Source of the DNA: a virus
Direction: 5' to 3' (one strand)
Length of the DNA: 64,000 bases
Virus record (IMG/VR): IMGVR_UViG_3300035039_000082
Location: 39,999 to 103,998 of that record
Within the stretch, counting starts at the first letter, position 1. Each line of letters opens with the position of its first letter. A model generated the notes under the pieces. It made no database searches and had not been told where the DNA came from. It worked only from the letters and a program-made list of their open reading frames with translations. Positions 39,800 to 49,387 of the stretch are shown piece by piece. Position numbers and translations under genes: made by a program.

Positions 39800-40232
39800 T
39801 GTGTTTGGTTGGTTTTTTTCGCTCATGGTTATAATGATACATGGGCCCGATAAACCGCGGTTGGCCGACCGACATAATAAAGCTGTATGGTATGTCTGGC
39901 GAGACTGCCTACCAGCGTCCAATCTTGTAACTATCAGCAACGTGAACGATGCTTACAAGATTTATGACTCAGAAAATAATTCTGAGTCGGCTTTAGATCT
40001 GACTATCTAAAGCTAAGCCCCCTTCGAATTCGCAATTGGCCGCGAAAAGATGTGGGTTAGAAAAAAACTCAGTGGAGATCCGGGGAATTTCGGGTTGTAG
40101 AAGCTGAGTAGGTCACGGGTTGCTTGTCAATCCCTGATCAATTCGGACATATTCATATTATATGGGTATGTTCCATGGAGGTCTCCTTGGTCGCGTGCGC
40201 GGCGCTGTCAGGGAGACCTTTCTATTTTTTAT
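39800..40232 (+). ncRNA. Candidate large structured RNA B (~430 nt)
   Basis: GC-rich island; at least 8 consecutive hairpins; ends aggtctcc/ggagacct plus T tract; own TATATAAAT motif at ~39779. Confidence 0.65.
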
Positions 40233-40317
40233 TTGTAAAAAAATAAATTCTTATATTAACATACATAATAATTGTATATTAATATAAGAATTTTATTTTT
40301 TAATTTTTTAAAGAATC

Positions 40318-40563
40318 TTGCCGCTTCCAAAAATAAGGAATATAAGTATTAATACTTTATTCGAATCAAAACAAGATAAAACTCCACTTACATCAGAAGA
40401 ATATAAACAAGTAAAAGAACGATTTGGGAAAGTTGGATGTTCTTTTGCAAAGAATAAAGATGGAAAATATTACTGTTATACACATCGAGCTAGATCTAAG
40501 TATTATAATTCTATTGATAAGATCCCTAAAGATAGAGTTAAATTTATTGAATCAACAGGATAA
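40318..40563 (+). CDS. Small hypothetical protein (TTG start is part of the GCCGCTT motif; true start likely 40342 or 40348)
   Basis: ISINTLFE resembles the N-terminal motif family; CSF...YCYTHRARS. Confidence 0.55.
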   Translation: MPLPKIRNISINTLFESKQDKTPLTSEEYKQVKERFGKVGCSFAKNKDGKYYCYTHRARSKYYNSIDKIPKDRVKFIESTG

Positions 40564-40591
40564 AAGTAAATAATAATTAGGAAATTATATT

Positions 40592-40888
40592 ATGTTATCA
40601 GTAATTGAGAATGTTATTACTTATCCAATAGGAGGTGGTAATATTCCTATTTTAACTAATCACCCTGTTATTAAGAATAATAGACAATCTAAAAATCGTT
40701 CACCGACTTTAAGATCTAATATTAAGATTGGATCTAAAGTTCAAATTGTAGAAAAACAAAATCAAGGTACAGAGAATTATACTGATGGTATAGTTAAAAG
40801 AATTTTAACTAAATCAAAAAACCATCCTAGAGGTATAAAAGTTCAACTAAAAACTGGCCAAGTTGGACGAGTTATTAAATTATTATAA
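40592..40888 (+). CDS. ywbE: YwbE (DUF2196) family protein
   Basis: IKIGSKVQIV.KQNQ.T...GIVKRILTKS..HPRGIKVQL.TGQVGRV. Confidence 0.88.
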   Translation: MLSVIENVITYPIGGGNIPILTNHPVIKNNRQSKNRSPTLRSNIKIGSKVQIVEKQNQGTENYTDGIVKRILTKSKNHPRGIKVQLKTGQVGRVIKLL

Positions 40889-40920
40889 TAATTATTTTTT
40901 ATTAAGGAGTATTTTTAAAA

Positions 40921-41592
40921 ATGGAAACTGTTAAATTTGTTGATGATGGTGCGTTTTATGTAGAATGTGATGGACCTGGTGTAGCTTTATATACTGTAAA
41001 TAAGATTGCTTCTAGTGCAACTGTTGAGTGTATTGTTGCTGCTGATTTGGATGCTGGAGATTATCTTATTATTCCTACGCCTACTACAACTTATTATGCG
41101 TGGATGGATATAACTGGTGATGGTACTACTGACGATCCTGCTCCGGATGGATATGATACAGATGCAGGTATTCAAGTAGATGTTTCAGGTGCAACTACTG
41201 CTGCCCAAGTTGCTACTGCTTTAGCTACTGCTATTGATGGAGTGACTGGATTATCTGCCGCTGTTTCTGATAGTATTTATGTAGATATTGATGTTGACGC
41301 TACTGGTGCGTGTGATCCTATTTCTGATTTCAGTTGTGGATTTACTTTAACTGCTGTATTAGGTGGAAAAGATGAAAATGAATTAGTTAAATCTGGAGTT
41401 CCTAATTCAGATACAAGTATTGTTAATATTGTTGATGTTACTTATTCTTCCACTACAGATACTTTAGTTGTATTAGCTAAAACAAAAACAACTACACCTG
41501 TAAATAATCCTTCAACTGGATTAGTAGGTTCTGGATATAATTATATATATTCATATGAAGCTATTACTCATTCTGATTTTGTTCTTGGATAA
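40921..41592 (+). CDS. Putative virion structural protein (Thr/Ala/Asp-rich)
   Basis: VDVSGATTAAQVATALATAID segment; acidic, beta-rich composition. Confidence 0.5.
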   Translation: METVKFVDDGAFYVECDGPGVALYTVNKIASSATVECIVAADLDAGDYLIIPTPTTTYYAWMDITGDGTTDDPAPDGYDTDAGIQVDVSGATTAAQVATALATAIDGVTGLSAAVSDSIYVDIDVDATGACDPISDFSCGFTLTAVLGGKDENELVKSGVPNSDTSIVNIVDVTYSSTTDTLVVLAKTKTTTPVNNPSTGLVGSGYNYIYSYEAITHSDFVLG

Positions 41593-41613
41593 AAAGAAAT
41601 AATCTTTTAGAAG

Positions 41614-41650
41614 ATATTTGGAAGCGGTAAAATCTGTCGCTTCCAAATAT
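41614..41650. repeat. Inverted pair of GCCGCTT-type motifs forming a hairpin
   Basis: atatttggaagcg-gtaaaatctgt-cgcttccaaatat. Confidence 0.7.
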
Positions 41651-41754
41651 TATTTATATATAATTTAATATTCGAAAATTTTATATATAAATAATATTAA
41701 TAGTTCCCTTCTTATTTTGTTTTAATAGCAATTTTTTAAAAAAAGGAGAAAGAA

Positions 41755-41976
41755 ATGTTAGATCCGAATAAGAACTATAAGGCAGAATTAATGAAATTAG
41801 TTACAGAATTTTCAAAAAAAGAAAATTGGGTTATTTCTAAAGATGTTAATGATTTAAAAGTATTTACATGGGTTGGAGAATTTGATCCAGTAAAGGTAGC
41901 AGAAGATTTAATTCAAGAAATTATTACACCTCCACCTGGAGGTAATACATCTAACATTTCAGATGATGTAGCTTAA
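41755..41976 (+). CDS. Small hypothetical protein
   Basis: Promoter motif ~41670 and RBS aaggag. Confidence 0.6.
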   Translation: MLDPNKNYKAELMKLVTEFSKKENWVISKDVNDLKVFTWVGEFDPVKVAEDLIQEIITPPPGGNTSNISDDVA

Positions 41977-41982
41977 TTATTT

Positions 41983-42015
41983 TTATCCTGATAGTCGTTT
42001 TGACTATCAGGATAA
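41983..42015 (+). terminator. 14-bp hairpin
   Basis: ttatcctgatagtc/gactatcaggataa. Confidence 0.6.
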
Positions 42016-42066
42016 TCTATTTTTCGCCGCTTTCCAAAAATCTAAATTACATAAAAGGAGAAACTT

Positions 42067-42690
42067 ATGTATTTTCAATTAACAAAAGAAGAAGTAAAAT
42101 TCTTAAAAAGACAACTCCCTACAATTCGTTTGAATGGTTATCATATTGAGAAATTTCAATCAATTATGAAATCATTAGATAGTCCTATTAAAGCTATTCC
42201 AGAAAAATCAATCACTTCTGAATCAAAACAAGAAGAAGTATATTCAAATTCTAAAAAATATGTTACTAAAGATGATTTTTATGGTATTAAACAAAACGAA
42301 GTTAAACAAGAAGTTTTAGTCGACGAACCTGTATCTTATGAAGAAGATATTCTTGAAAATAATTCATTTTTAAAACCACCTAAAATTGAAAAAACTATTA
42401 AAGAAGATCCTCCAAGTTATGAAGAACAATTAACAAAATTAGAAAAAACTAAATCATTAGAATATGAAAATAATGAAGTTGAAACTCTTAATGATTCTAT
42501 TGACTCAGAAAAAGAAATTCCTGAAGTAAATGATTCTCAGAATAATTTAGAAGAAGAAGAAATTGAAGAAGAGGAACAAGATCCTATTCAAACAGAGCCA
42601 GATGATTCTATTTTTAGAAATCAATCAACTGATGTTGAATCAGCTAGTATTTTTTCTGTTGTTGATAGCCGAACACAAAAGAATAATTAA
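42067..42690 (+). CDS. Acidic low-complexity protein
   Basis: RBS aaggag; Glu-rich C-terminal half. Confidence 0.65.
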   Translation: MYFQLTKEEVKFLKRQLPTIRLNGYHIEKFQSIMKSLDSPIKAIPEKSITSESKQEEVYSNSKKYVTKDDFYGIKQNEVKQEVLVDEPVSYEEDILENNSFLKPPKIEKTIKEDPPSYEEQLTKLEKTKSLEYENNEVETLNDSIDSEKEIPEVNDSQNNLEEEEIEEEEQDPIQTEPDDSIFRNQSTDVESASIFSVVDSRTQKNN

Positions 42691-42851
42691 TTTTTCATAA
42701 TTTGTATATAAATTATTAAAATAACATGTCATTAAATTTCCTTAATATTATGTCATGGTATCTCCTTGGTTGGATAGAGTGCAGTATTTATTTATCGCAC
42801 TCTATTCTCGTTTTTTTAATTATTATAATATCTTTTTGGAGATTATTTAAT

Positions 42852-43211
42852 ATGTCCGAAGTATTTACAACCAGCTATACAATTAATTATACTGATCAAG
42901 ATACTGGAGTAGTGAATAGAATAATTAATTCATTAAAAACATTATCTCCAGAAGATTTTATGAATGGTAAAATTACATTAGAAGCTAACGCAGAAACAGA
43001 TGCAATTGATGTTCTCTTAGGAGATAATCAAAATTTTATTTATTTTGAATCAGATATTCCTATAAATTATCAAATTAATGCAGATGGTAATGAAATTCAG
43101 AATACAACTATCTTTCTCCACTATGGAGAAAAGATAGATCTTTATTTACATAATCCAGATACAGAAAATGATGCAACTGTGAAATATGCAATTATGTCTT
43201 TTACTGAATAA
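42852..43211 (+). CDS. Hypothetical protein (ATG 42852 preferred over 42726)
   Basis: RBS ggag upstream of 42852. Confidence 0.55.
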   Translation: MSEVFTTSYTINYTDQDTGVVNRIINSLKTLSPEDFMNGKITLEANAETDAIDVLLGDNQNFIYFESDIPINYQINADGNEIQNTTIFLHYGEKIDLYLHNPDTENDATVKYAIMSFTE

Positions 43212-43224
43212 CTATCAAAAAAAA

Positions 43225-43440
43225 TAAAAAAAGAGTAAGGCGGTTCTTTGATGGACTCTCTATGTTACTAGAGATCCAGAACCGCCTTTTTCCAGGTTTT
43301 TTTCTTTCCGATAATCGCTCGCCCTCCCTATTGGGAGAACTGCGCAGCGCAGCTTTGAGTAAATCTAAATCCCAAAGCTGCTAGATTTACAGAAATGGCA
43401 TTTTTTTCTCCTTTCCCCGCTTAGGGAATTTTTATTTTTT
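43225..43440 (-). ncRNA. Candidate sRNA with SD, 4-codon ORF and 9+9 bp H-type pseudoknot
   Basis: Minus-strand promoter motif 43455-43478; AAGGAG-n6-ATG CCA TTT CTG TAA; pseudoknot 43349-43390; terminal hairpin 43237-43288. Confidence 0.6.
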
Positions 43441-43542
43441 TGATATTAATAATATTTATATATAAAATTTTTGAATATTAAAAAAAAGATTCCCCTCCCT
43501 ATCAAGATACTTTTGAAGTATTTGATAAGGAGGGAAATGAGT

Positions 43543-43863
43543 TTAAAGGAGGTTGGCTAAATACGCCTCCTTAAACTCTTTTCGCAGATCAATCCAAGAT
43601 GGATGATCTGCAAAATGACTATCCCACATCCAAAACTTGGGTGTGGTTTGCGTCATAAGGATCACGAGAAAAATCTCGCGATCCATCTCTGTGTCGAAAG
43701 GAGTCTGCAAAGCAAACTCCTCTATGTTATATGACCAATAACCCATGGGCGAGTATTTTACCCACGGGGTATATATCGGCTGATTCATCACCATCGCCGA
43801 CCAGACGATGGTAATGGTGGAAAGGACTATCAATCCTTTCCAGATTTTTTTAAAAATTTTCAT
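43543..43863 (-). CDS. Membrane-anchored hypothetical protein, GC-richer than neighbours
   Basis: RBS aaggag, N-terminal hydrophobic helix. Confidence 0.6.
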   Translation of the reverse strand: MKIFKKIWKGLIVLSTITIVWSAMVMNQPIYTPWVKYSPMGYWSYNIEEFALQTPFDTEMDREIFLVILMTQTTPKFWMWDSHFADHPSWIDLRKEFKEAYLANLL

Positions 43864-43961
43864 AATTTTTCTCCTTTTTTTGATTTTTATAGGATTAATA
43901 TATTTATATAATTTATATATTCAAATTAAGAATATGAAAAATTCTGCCGTTTATAAAAATA

Positions 43962-44561
43962 TCAAAATTCTAATAATTTAACATTATCATTTAAATATTT
44001 TGTATCTTTTAAACTATTAATAAAATCTTGAATTGTATAATATGGTTTCCCTTTATTATTTTTATCCATTCTTGGATAGGTATAAACATCAGTTTTTAGT
44101 TTATATTTTTCAATAATATAAATCAATAATTGGCTTTTGCCTTTATTCATTCCACCACTCATACAATCATAATATTCACTTCCGATAAGCATTCCAAGCA
44201 TTTCTTCAATTGAAGTTATTTCACTATTGTTTTCTTTTTGGGTATCATTAATTTTTTTAAACCATTTAAATTTATCAATTAATTGATAATAGCTATCTAA
44301 TAATAAAGTGATTTCATCTACTTTTTCGTCAAATTTTGAACCTTCAAATTTAAAATTTAAATTCTCAATTTTAAATACTGGCCTAACTAATACAATTCTT
44401 GGCTCATTAAATCCATTATTAACTATTGGAAATTCTTCAATTGGAACATTATCTTTATTTAAATAATAAATATATTCATCATTATTTGACATTGGAGACA
44501 TTTCAATAATATAACGAAATGCATTTTCTACTTTTTCATTTTTTAACTCGGGTAAATTCAT
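43962..44561 (-). CDS. Hypothetical protein
   Basis: RBS aggag; promoter motif ~44605-44640. Confidence 0.65.
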   Translation of the reverse strand: MNLPELKNEKVENAFRYIIEMSPMSNNDEYIYYLNKDNVPIEEFPIVNNGFNEPRIVLVRPVFKIENLNFKFEGSKFDEKVDEITLLLDSYYQLIDKFKWFKKINDTQKENNSEITSIEEMLGMLIGSEYYDCMSGGMNKGKSQLLIYIIEKYKLKTDVYTYPRMDKNNKGKPYYTIQDFINSLKDTKYLNDNVKLLEF

Positions 44562-44712
44562 AGTTATTCTCCTGTAAAAAAAGATTATTAAAAAACTTAC
44601 ATTAATATTATAATTTATATATTAATTTTTAGAATATAATATTAATTTAAATTTTTTAATAATAATTTAAATTCTGCCGCTTTCAAAAAAAATATTAAGG
44701 AGAACATATAAA

Positions 44713-44994
44713 ATGTATTCAATATCTGCAACATTATTTAAGCCATTGATTTCAGTAAATAAAATAAATCAAGTTCCAGTTGGAAAACATAACCATATTC
44801 CAGATGATGAATTTGATCCTAAACAATTAGAGATGGGTATACAAGTAGAATTTGAACATACAGACGATTTTTCGATTGCAAAATTCATTGCTAAAGATCA
44901 TCTTGCGGAGATCCCTGACTATTATATTCGTTTAAAAAAGATGGAAGATGAGGCTAAAATCGAATTATATAATAAATTAGGAAATAAAGAATAA
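44713..44994 (+). CDS. DUF5661-like protein
   Basis: FDPKQLEMGIQVEFEHT...IAKDHLAEIPDYY.RL. Confidence 0.75.
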   Translation: MYSISATLFKPLISVNKINQVPVGKHNHIPDDEFDPKQLEMGIQVEFEHTDDFSIAKFIAKDHLAEIPDYYIRLKKMEDEAKIELYNKLGNKE

Positions 44995-45003
44995 TTAATT
45001 TTT

Positions 45004-45080
45004 GTGGGAGAGACAAGTTAGCTACTTGGTGAGTTGCCACTACAACTCCTCTCCTTCCCCTTTAGTGGAAGGAAAAATAA
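45004..45080 (+). promoter_or_regulatory. Structured leader (three-way junction and possible pseudoknot onto the RBS region)
   Basis: ggagag/ctctcc, caag/cttg, gagttg/caactc; loop ccacta complementary to tagtgg next to the RBS. Confidence 0.5.
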
Positions 45081-46760
45081 ATGTATAATATAATTAATAA
45101 TTATCATATTAATAATATTTGTCAAACTAATATTATTAAAACATTAGACCAAGTTAAATATTGGAATAAATTAAATTGGCCATTATATATGCATCAACAA
45201 TTTTGGAAACATATTGAAATTATTAAGCCGGATAATTTTAATATGTTTAATATAGAATTTATTTGGAATGGCCCAAAAGATATTAATAATAATCCATTAT
45301 TTTTATTTGATAATCAGTATTATTTTGTAAAATCTATTTTATTTCAACAATATTATTATATAGAATCTTATAATTTATATATATTAAATGATATTTTTAA
45401 TTATACTGATCCACAACAATTAATACCATTTCAAGTTTATCATAGTTATTTAGAATATATTGTAAAATTAATTTTTAAATATAAAGATATTGATTGGATA
45501 GGTATTAAAAAGAATGAAATTGATTTATTCAATAGATTAAAATGGGATATTAAAGATATTAGAAGATTTTTTAGTAAAATAAATATTCCGCAGGATTATA
45601 TAAACGATCATTGGATGTGGACAGCTGGTAAAAGTAATGGTTATGGACAATTTAGTCATGTTTATAGTGGACAAATATCACATCGATTAATATATGAATT
45701 AATATTCGGTAAAATATTGAATACTAATGTTGTTAGACATATTGGAGATATAGAAAAAAGTAGTGTTAATATTTTTCATTTAATATTAGGGGAAGTAAAA
45801 GATAATAATAATGATAAAGTTTTAAATGGAAACTCTTGTTTTGGTGAAAAAAATCCTAAATCTAAATTATCTGAATTAAGTGTAATTAAAATTGAAGAAG
45901 ATATTTTTAATAAACAATTTAATACTATATATGAATTAAGTCAAAAATATAATATTAGTAAACCAACAATTATGGATATTATACATTATAAAACATGGAA
46001 ATATGTTACAGATGATTTTGCAAAAAATAAAAATATGTGTACTAAAGAATTGTTAGAAATTTTTTCAATAAATACATATGAAAAATATAAAATTATGTGG
46101 ACAAATAATTCATTAGGAGAAGCAAATCCTAATTCAGTGTTAACAAAAGAAAATGTATATAATATTATAACACAAATATATGAAAAAAAATTTATAACAA
46201 TACAAAAATTATCAGAAGAATATAATGTAAACCCAAATACTATATGTATGATTATATCTTATAAAAATTGGGCAAACATAACAAATGATTTTGCAAAAAA
46301 TAAAAACATTTCTGTTCAAGAATTATTAGATATTTTTAATAAAAATATTTTAGAAAATTCTTTTAAACGTAGATCATTTGTTATGTCTGGAGAAAATTGT
46401 CATACATCAAAATTAACTAATTATAATGTTATATTTATTTATTTATTATATATTGTTTGTAATGTTACTCATAAACAGATTTATAATTATATTATATTAA
46501 AAAAAATAGTTAAAGTATCACTCTCTTCTATATCACATGCAATTAATGGAACAACTTGGAAGCCATTACAATGTTATAGAGATGCTATTGATGAAATGAA
46601 AATAAAAGGATTATTACCAACATTATCTTTAGAATTACTTAATATAATAGACATTAATAATTTGTTTATTACATTATTAAATTTTATGAATTCAGATTTA
46701 AAATATCAAAATTCTTATTATTTAGACATTTTGAATAAAAAATTTGAAGATAATGAGTAA
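45081..46760 (+). CDS. Free-standing HNH homing-endonuclease-like protein, degenerate
   Basis: WMWT..NGYGQF..SHRLIYEL..VRH...VN.FHL..G...DN; repeated HTH-like units ending KTWK/KNW. Confidence 0.75.
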   Translation: MYNIINNYHINNICQTNIIKTLDQVKYWNKLNWPLYMHQQFWKHIEIIKPDNFNMFNIEFIWNGPKDINNNPLFLFDNQYYFVKSILFQQYYYIESYNLYILNDIFNYTDPQQLIPFQVYHSYLEYIVKLIFKYKDIDWIGIKKNEIDLFNRLKWDIKDIRRFFSKINIPQDYINDHWMWTAGKSNGYGQFSHVYSGQISHRLIYELIFGKILNTNVVRHIGDIEKSSVNIFHLILGEVKDNNNDKVLNGNSCFGEKNPKSKLSELSVIKIEEDIFNKQFNTIYELSQKYNISKPTIMDIIHYKTWKYVTDDFAKNKNMCTKELLEIFSINTYEKYKIMWTNNSLGEANPNSVLTKENVYNIITQIYEKKFITIQKLSEEYNVNPNTICMIISYKNWANITNDFAKNKNISVQELLDIFNKNILENSFKRRSFVMSGENCHTSKLTNYNVIFIYLLYIVCNVTHKQIYNYIILKKIVKVSLSSISHAINGTTWKPLQCYRDAIDEMKIKGLLPTLSLELLNIIDINNLFITLLNFMNSDLKYQNSYYLDILNKKFEDNE

Positions 46761-46817
46761 AATAAATAATTTATTTTTCGTTATTTCCAAAATTAAAAAA
46801 ATAGGAAAATTTTAATC

Positions 46818-47465
46818 ATGTTAAGTACACAAAAATTATTTTACAAAGAAGACGAACTAATTAATGAGTTCGGTGTAGAAACAGCAGTTATTGGTGGATT
46901 AGCTTTAGCTATTGGTGGATTATTTCAAGCAATTAGTTCACATCAAAAAGCTAATCAAATTGAATCTTTATTATTAACTCAATACGACGATGATTATTTA
47001 ACATTAAAGTTAGATTCAGATATTGTTGTAAACGATATTATAAAAAACTTTACAGTTAGAGGAAAATTATTAAAGAGATTTACTGATCGTCAGAGTATGA
47101 CTTTAATTGTTAACATGGAAGCGGCAAGATTATTAAAACAGCATTTTTCTAAATATCCAATTTTTAAATATTTATTTGAAAATAAAGAATTGAATTATAA
47201 ATCTGGAGAAGATTTCTTTAAAGATCATAAAGATCTATTTAACATCTTTGGTGATTTTAGATCTAAGTCAGCAATTACTTGGGATGGTGCAATTAAAGCA
47301 TTTGTAACATTAGGATTGAGTCAAAATATTAATGAATTAGATGATAAAGTTATTGCTAATCTTTATTTTCTAGCATTGTTCTTTAGACAGTTAGCTTTAT
47401 ATAAAGATAAGATTGGGGAAATGACATTTAAGTTTAAGAAGGTCCAAATTAGACATAATTATTAA
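46818..47465 (+). CDS. Hypothetical protein with MLSxxxLF N-terminus
   Basis: MLSTQKLF; AVIGGLALAIGGLF. Confidence 0.65.
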   Translation: MLSTQKLFYKEDELINEFGVETAVIGGLALAIGGLFQAISSHQKANQIESLLLTQYDDDYLTLKLDSDIVVNDIIKNFTVRGKLLKRFTDRQSMTLIVNMEAARLLKQHFSKYPIFKYLFENKELNYKSGEDFFKDHKDLFNIFGDFRSKSAITWDGAIKAFVTLGLSQNINELDDKVIANLYFLALFFRQLALYKDKIGEMTFKFKKVQIRHNY

Positions 47466-47475
47466 AATAAATAAT

Positions 47476-47518
47476 TATTGATTCTCTTAGAATAATATTT
47501 CTAAGAGAATCAATAATT
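47476..47518. terminator. Bidirectional hairpin between convergent genes
   Basis: ttattgattctcttagaa/ttctaagagaatcaataa. Confidence 0.6.
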
Positions 47519-47812
47519 TGTTAATAAATTATATAGTTCTTTTATTTCTTGATAACAATCCCATTTTTCATTCATATAATGAAAATTAATTGGATCAGAT
47601 ATTAATAACTCATAACATAATTCGTAACATGGATTATTAAAATGAACTATCCATACAGGTTTAGATATTATTAATTCTAATTGTAAATTAAATGGTATTT
47701 CTTTTTTCGCGCGTTTAGATTTATTTAATAACCAAAAAATACCATTAGTATATGTAATATCGTTAGTATTGTTTAATTTATAATATTGAATTTTATTTTG
47801 TGAGGAATTCAT
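47510..47812 (-). CDS. ELYEFL-tail family protein
   Basis: Ends CYQEIKELYNLLTNY. Confidence 0.65.
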   Translation of the reverse strand: MNSSQNKIQYYKLNNTNDITYTNGIFWLLNKSKRAKKEIPFNLQLELIISKPVWIVHFNNPCYELCYELLISDPINFHYMNEKWDCYQEIKELYNLLTNY

Positions 47813-48176
47813 ATAATTCTTTCACTTCTTGATAATAATCACATTCTGGATTGATATAATTAATAATAAAAATATCTTTATATAATGCTAATTGGCAAAT
47901 TTTAAAAGATGGATTTTTTATATATATAAAATAAGTTATATAATTTTTAACTATATACAATTGAATCTTTTTACAAGGATTTTTAATATATTTAACATTA
48001 TATGGATTATATTTAATACTAGCAAATTGACATCTCTCCGATGGAGTTTCAATATTTTCAATTAAATAATTATATTTATAAATAATTTTATATTGATCAT
48101 CTTCACAAAATTTATTTAAATCTAATTTAATTAATTTTCGATAATTATTTAATAATTGAGGAGTTAATCTTATCAT
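47793..48176 (-). CDS. ELYEFL-tail family protein with DUF4116-like repeats
   Basis: KYIKNP repeats; ends YYQEVKELYEFLTK. Confidence 0.7.
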   Translation of the reverse strand: MIRLTPQLLNNYRKLIKLDLNKFCEDDQYKIIYKYNYLIENIETPSERCQFASIKYNPYNVKYIKNPCKKIQLYIVKNYITYFIYIKNPSFKICQLALYKDIFIINYINPECDYYQEVKELYEFLTK

Positions 48177-48332
48177 TTTTTCTCCTTAAAAATTTAAAAA
48201 GTTTATATTAGTATTATAATTTATATATTAAATTTTAGAATATTAATTTAAGTTTTTTAAATAATTTTTTAAGCGGTAAAAAATAGATTCTTTTGTTGAA
48301 TTTTGCCGCTTTCAAAAATAGGAATAAATAAT

Positions 48333-49295
48333 ATGTTATCTGTTAATTCACTTTATCGCAATTTATATAAAGATAATTTTGATAGTCTTTATGAATCTAT
48401 ATTGAATGATTTTGATGTAGATAATATTAATCCATTATTCGAAGTATCAATTGATGCTCCTAGATATTTTAAACAATTAGAAATAGATTTAGATATATTC
48501 ACTCAGAAAGATTATAATAAAATTTCTCAAACTGAATTAAATAAAGTTACAAATAAATTATATAAAACTTTATCTAAGATATTAAATGTTGATGTCGGTT
48601 TATATATTGGTGATTTTAAAAATTGTATGATTTATCCACAATATTATTTTATAAAGAAAAAAGATATTAAATTTGATAAAAATAAAAAACCTATTTTAGA
48701 AGAATCTTTACTTAATATAAAAACTGCATATTTCTTTATTGATATTGAATTATTTATGTATAAATTAAAATTAACACCAGCAGAAATGGTTGGTATATTA
48801 CTTCATGAAATTGGTCATTTGACTTATCATAGAAATTTCATTACTAATTTTTTTGGCCAATTTTTATCAAGATTTAAAAATGTATTGATTATAAGTTCAA
48901 TTTTTTCATTTATTAAAATGACTTTATATGCTTTTTCTCCACAATTTATTGCTTTATTTTTATCTATTATTTTTTTATTTACTCGAACACTTTCATTTTT
49001 TGAACATAAACAAGAATATTATTGTGATAAATTTGCAACTAAATATGGTTATGGTGATGAAATAGCTAGTGCATTTATTAAATTAGGAAATTATACTAAC
49101 ACAGTTACTAAAACATCAAGAACATTATTTAAAAAAATAATTGATTTTATTAAAACAATTTTTAATTCATCCACTCATCCTGGAACGGTTAATCGAATTT
49201 GTACAATAGCTGAACAATTAAAAAAAGATTATATTAATAGTTATCCAAAAATAAAATCTACTCTTGAAAGAGATTTAAATAGATTAGGTTGTTAA
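48333..49295 (+). CDS. M48-like zinc metalloprotease with MLSxxxLY N-terminus
   Basis: LLHEIGH, EYYCDKFA, THP..VNR; ATG 48333. Confidence 0.75.
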   Translation: MLSVNSLYRNLYKDNFDSLYESILNDFDVDNINPLFEVSIDAPRYFKQLEIDLDIFTQKDYNKISQTELNKVTNKLYKTLSKILNVDVGLYIGDFKNCMIYPQYYFIKKKDIKFDKNKKPILEESLLNIKTAYFFIDIELFMYKLKLTPAEMVGILLHEIGHLTYHRNFITNFFGQFLSRFKNVLIISSIFSFIKMTLYAFSPQFIALFLSIIFLFTRTLSFFEHKQEYYCDKFATKYGYGDEIASAFIKLGNYTNTVTKTSRTLFKKIIDFIKTIFNSSTHPGTVNRICTIAEQLKKDYINSYPKIKSTLERDLNRLGC

Positions 49296-49387
49296 AGAAT
49301 CTAAATTTTGCCGCTTCCAAAAAAAAATAAAATAGGATAAGATAATAAAAATTATTTTATTATCTTATCCTATTTATAATTTCATTT

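Noticed and set aside
39659-40010. ORFs 39659..39940 (-) and 39801..40010 (+)
   Set aside because: No RBS, they cross promoter or terminator elements, and the GC-rich sequence is better explained by base pairing.
39800-40232. tmRNA, RNase P RNA, tRNA cluster or group II intron
   Set aside because: No tRNA-like ends, T-loop GTTCRA, GAGGAAAGTCC or domain V found by eye; an Infernal search is still needed.
19100-48305. TTG starts giving MPL... N-termini at 19100, 40318 and 48303
   Set aside because: TTG CCG CTT is the GCCGCTT DNA motif; better starts lie downstream.
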